Assembly: GCA_013265495.1 (NCBI GenBank)
Contig: MU058059.1
Span: 2,331,502 to 2,395,501 of the forward strand
Source of the DNA: Vicugna vicugna
Lineage: Eukaryota
DNA: 64,000 nt
Direction: 5' to 3'
Each line of letters begins with the position of its first letter. Within the stretch, counting starts at the first letter, position 1. The notes below the pieces were generated by a model. The model searched no databases, was not told where the DNA came from, and saw only the letters and a program-made list of their open reading frames with translations. Positions 60,473 through 64,000 of the stretch are shown here, one piece after another. The translations under genes and the position numbers were made by a program.

Positions 60473-61494
60473 CAATTGCTGTTTTACCTTCTTGCCAGCA
60501 GGGGACACATTACAGCCACAGTGTAATTAAATTCTTGTATTTGTGTTTTCTTGACCAGACCCTTAACTCTCGTCTTTGGCAAGTGATTATAATTAATCTT
60601 TTTCATTAATGTCATTAATAGCATTATATAATGGGCAGTCGAATTTTCATGATAATTAAGATGATTGATATTATCACTCACTTTTGCAATGTGAAGTGCT
60701 GGGGAAGAGATTGGCTGCTGTAATAATTCAAAGTAGCAGGTGACATTTAAGAGGTTGTGGGGTGGGGCTTAAAATCATCAGTGTACTGCAGGATGCTGAA
60801 ACAGTGGACCTGCTTTGCATCTAGTGCATTTTCATGTATTCTTTGTTTCTGTATTTCAGTAGCTTCATTTTTGACATCAAAATTAAGCAGATGTTTACCA
60901 CATGTTTAGTTTTGGATTTCTTCTTGCCTTTGAAAATTGTGTGGACTGTAGGCAAATGTATAACCTCTGTAAATTGAAAACCTGTTTCTATGGTAGATTT
61001 AGAATAATGCTCAGAAAAATATTTTGTAAGCTATGTCTGCGGTCTCTACTGTGTTTTGTCCCCCACCATTGTGTGAATGCTGTGGTGAAAGCATTTCTTT
61101 TTCATTTTGGGGGGCAAATTATAATTTTTTTTTTCTATTGAAAACACCTTGGACACCTAGCATGGTTCTGTTAAAGTTTTGAACACAAGATAAATTATTC
61201 CAAATTCATATGAATCTGAAAGATATGAATCATAAATTTGCTGAGGTCTTACTTTCCATTGGAGTATACAAACCAAATGTTGGTTTCCTTTTGAGAAGAC
61301 AGCATAGGGCAGTGTAATACAACAGTGTTGGCAAGGCATGGCTGCTACTCAGCTAGGGCTTAGCAAGGATGCCGTGGGGGTCAGGACCCACCGCTCCTGA
61401 GGAAGAAGGCCACGCTGGATTTAGTTCAGCTTCAGGCAGCTTTACGGTTACTCGGACTTGCAGTCGTCATAGCTCATCCCGGAGATTTGGTTGT

Positions 61495-61528
61495 TACTAA
61501 CATTACTCTTCCTTCTTTCACATTTTAG
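61495..61528 (+). promoter_or_regulatory. Branch point (TACTAAC), polypyrimidine tract and 3' splice site of PTPRM exon 2
   Basis: Exact TACTAAC at 61495-61501 (branch A 61500), followed by an AG-free pyrimidine-rich tract up to AG at 61527-61528. Confidence 0.85.
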
Positions 61529-61651
61529 GTGGATGCCTCTTTGATGAGCCTTATAGCACCTGTGGATACAGCCAAGCTGAAGATGATGACTTCAATTGGG
61601 AGCAAGTGAACACCTTGACCAAACCAACTTCTGATCCATGGATGCCATCAG
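61529..61651 (+). CDS. PTPRM: PTPRM (receptor-type tyrosine-protein phosphatase mu) coding exon 2, N-terminal part of the MAM domain; phase 1-1, 123 bp
   Basis: Polypyrimidine tract and acceptor (cttccttctttcacattttAG) precede the exon, and a CAG|GTttgc donor follows. The translation (G)GCLFDEPYSTCGYSQAEDDDFNWEQVNTLTKPTSDPWMPS(G) matches recalled human PTPRM GGCLFDEPYSTCGYSQSEGDDFNWEQVNTLTKPTSDPWMPSG with two substitutions. Confidence 0.97.
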
Positions 61652-64000
61652 GTTTGCTTTTAGTTTTACATTTTCTTTTTAAAATCAGAGGCGTCCAGGA
61701 GTCTTAATCACAGTAGATGTTCACTGGGTATTGGTTGAATGAGTGAGGGCCTTGGTCTTTGAGAGCATTGGCAAAGACTGATTAGCTAGTGACGATGGTA
61801 CAAGAGGACCAACGACCAAGAGTTGACTTTTGCGTGCCTCCCTTTAAAGTCAAATTAAAGTTTACTTCCTTTAGCTCTGATACACCTGCGCTGGATTAAT
61901 GGGCTTTACCCAATCGATCCTTTCTCAAGCAGCAGATATGGGAGGTAGATTGATGTCTCTTCTGGCAAATGTGTCTAGTGGGTGGAGCTCTAGCTGAGGA
62001 ATCCCAATAACAAAGTGTCCATCACAAACAGGAGACCTTGGGAGGTCTTGTCTGGCGCCTGGGGAATCTGGGAGGACACCAGTGACCTTGAAAGCTTTCT
62101 GATAAAATGGTGGTGCTCACATGTTGACACTTCTTCCGCTGCAGAAGTGCCCAGTAAATTTTCTGAAGGGTGTGAGAAACATTTGGTCCACGGAACACCA
62201 GCAAGAATTCTGCTTCTCGTTTGGCAGGAAGAGTAGGAGGACAGTGACTCATAGACTCTACTCAGGTGGAAGCTTGATCATTCCAACGGGCGCCATTTTT
62301 AGGCTGAGGTGTTGGACTGCAATTTTACAATTTTAGATTTGCAGATTCACTTGACAAACGGGGTGATGAGTGTGCCCCATTCAGGATTCAGACCATAAGA
62401 CATGTCTTTCTGATTTGGATTTCAGAGAAAATGCAGGTTTTATACTTTTTCATGGCTATGAAGTTCTTCATTGATGCATCTAAATGTAGCAATATTTACA
62501 CTTAGTAATCTTGGGAAGGCAGCTTTTAAGCATGAAACGGGGTTTAACGTTGTTCTCACTTAGTTAAGCTTTACCAGTTATGATGCCCACCGCGTTCCTG
62601 CCGTCTGCATCCCATGTTTACCTCCTATAACTCCAGGGAAAGCGTCACTGAGCCCCTTGGCCCTGTGGCTTTAGTGGACTCCAAAATCTTCCTAGCTCTG
62701 GGTGGCTTCCCCACGCTGATGGTCTTCCGTCCTGTCTCTCTTTTTCTCTTGTCCGTATGTGATTTGAATGTTACTTGTGATGCAGTCACTGGTACCTTAG
62801 TTGTTTTCTAGATTCTAGTCCCTGCTTCATTCTTGTCAGTGATGGGGGAGGTGGGGGAGGCCAGCATAGCAGACCCTCGGGGGAGATGTCTTTTCCGAGA
62901 GGCTTGTCATCCTGAAGTCGTTTGGTCCTCACCTGCCGTCTCCCTGGAGAACCAGCCTGTGTGCGGAGAGGCTGGGGGTGGCTGAGGGGGCGGGGTATTG
63001 GGGATGGGATGGGAGAACTCAGATTTAGCCCTGGGAGATTTCTCCACAAGAGCGCACTCAGGTTTCCTTCGTGTATTATCTTCTAGTTTGCTGAATGTTC
63101 TATGATTTTCCACTGTAGGTAGTCGGTTTCATTTTGTGGTCCTTTAGACTTAAGCCTAATTTCGAAGCATTGACTGCACAGGAGCCCCCGTGATGCAGGA
63201 CTGTCCTCAGCCTCCGCGAGTGCTGTTTCTGTCACCAGATGGCCCACCTCCCTCCATAAAGGAGGGGAAGGAGGGGTTTCTTGTTACCGTCTTGTCCTTT
63301 TCTCCTTTGCGATGTCCCAGGGCACCGTCTCAGACCAAGGTGTCCAGGCTTCCAATACAGAAAGGACGGGTTTCTAGCAAAGGCCGTGACACAGGTGGTA
63401 ACACATATCAAAGACCAGCTACATCCTGGAACAGTCAGTCTGGTCACGGAAGCAACAGCAGCGAAGTGACCTTGCAGGGGTTTGGCCTTTGAAGGCCCTC
63501 TGTCTTTGGAAGACTGAAGTGGGGCATTTAAATGTTCTGTTTGAATTTGTTCTACTTCTGTTGATGAGCGGAATGCTTGGTGATTACTGTGAGGCCTTTG
63601 CCACTTAAGATCCCTGAGTGTTGTATCTTCTGTTGCTTGTGTCAGTTCCATCTGGCTTCTGATGGTTACACAGGGTGTTTCCTCAACATTCAGTCCCAGC
63701 CAGGGTGCACGTCAGGGCTGGGACACGTGGGTGGTTTGGGTGCAGCGAGTCTGGCTCCTCTCCCCTCTCCTCTGACGATGCCTGTGGCCAGGGGTCCAGA
63801 TAAGACTTCCGGGAAGTGACGGTTCCCCCATCAGACTCAATGTTTTACCGTAATGTAGAACCTCAGATACTTGCATACTTTTTCCTGCTATTTATTAAAC
63901 AAACTTAGTCATCAAAAAATTTCTTTGAGCCCTAGTGTAAACATGATTACTGTGGGAGATGAAGGATGATGAGCGATTCTTTCTAGGAACTTAATCCATT
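61652..64000 (+). other. PTPRM: 5' portion of PTPRM intron 2
   Basis: Begins with the GT donor at 61652; the continuation (SFMLVNASG...) is not found in the remaining sequence. Confidence 0.88.

Larger units (their letters stand above)
1..61528 (+). other. PTPRM: 3' portion of PTPRM intron 1
   Basis: No other exon is recognisable upstream of exon 2. The signal-peptide exon 1 is absent from the window, and PTPRM is known to have a very large first intron. Confidence 0.85.

Noticed and set aside
251..63819. The many 60-167 aa ORFs in the six-frame track
   Set aside because: They are short, often start at non-ATG codons, overlap in all frames and show no recognisable homology apart from L1 ORF2 remnants. 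This is expected noise in intronic DNA, and the real exon is not in the track.
1..64000. CRISPR array, operon, defence system or other novel multi-gene system
   Set aside because: There are no regularly spaced repeats or gene-dense regions; the window is explained as a mammalian intron with transposon fossils.

Overview
This is mammalian (eutherian) intronic DNA, not prokaryotic. Only one coding segment is supportable: a 123-bp + strand exon at 61529-61651. It translates to GGCLFDEPYSTCGYSQAEDDDFNWEQVNTLTKPTSDPWMPS(G), the start of the MAM domain of receptor tyrosine phosphatase mu (PTPRM, exon 2). The window is therefore the last ~61.5 kb of the very long PTPRM intron 1, exon 2, and the first ~2.3 kb of intron 2. 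Two tRNA-Ala-derived SINEs resembling camelid Vic-1, together with cetartiodactyl-type L1 3' ends, suggest a camelid genome (inference). The rest is interspersed repeat (young and old L1, L2, CR1/L3, MIR, LTRs, MER3/MER5A/MER8-like DNA transposons, microsatellites) plus several repeat-free, homeobox-motif-rich blocks that may be enhancers. None of the listed ORFs looks like a real gene. I found no evidence for a novel multi-gene system. The most notable observations are a 65-bp orphan poly(A)-unique-AATAAA-poly(A) insertion with target-site duplication (TSD), two twin-primed inverted L1s, an L1/L1 microhomology junction, a possibly unclassified solo LTR, a perfect TACTAAC branch point at exon 2, and a CTCF-like motif formed inside a MIR. 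Repeat family names come from recalled consensus sequences, and most repeat boundaries are approximate.
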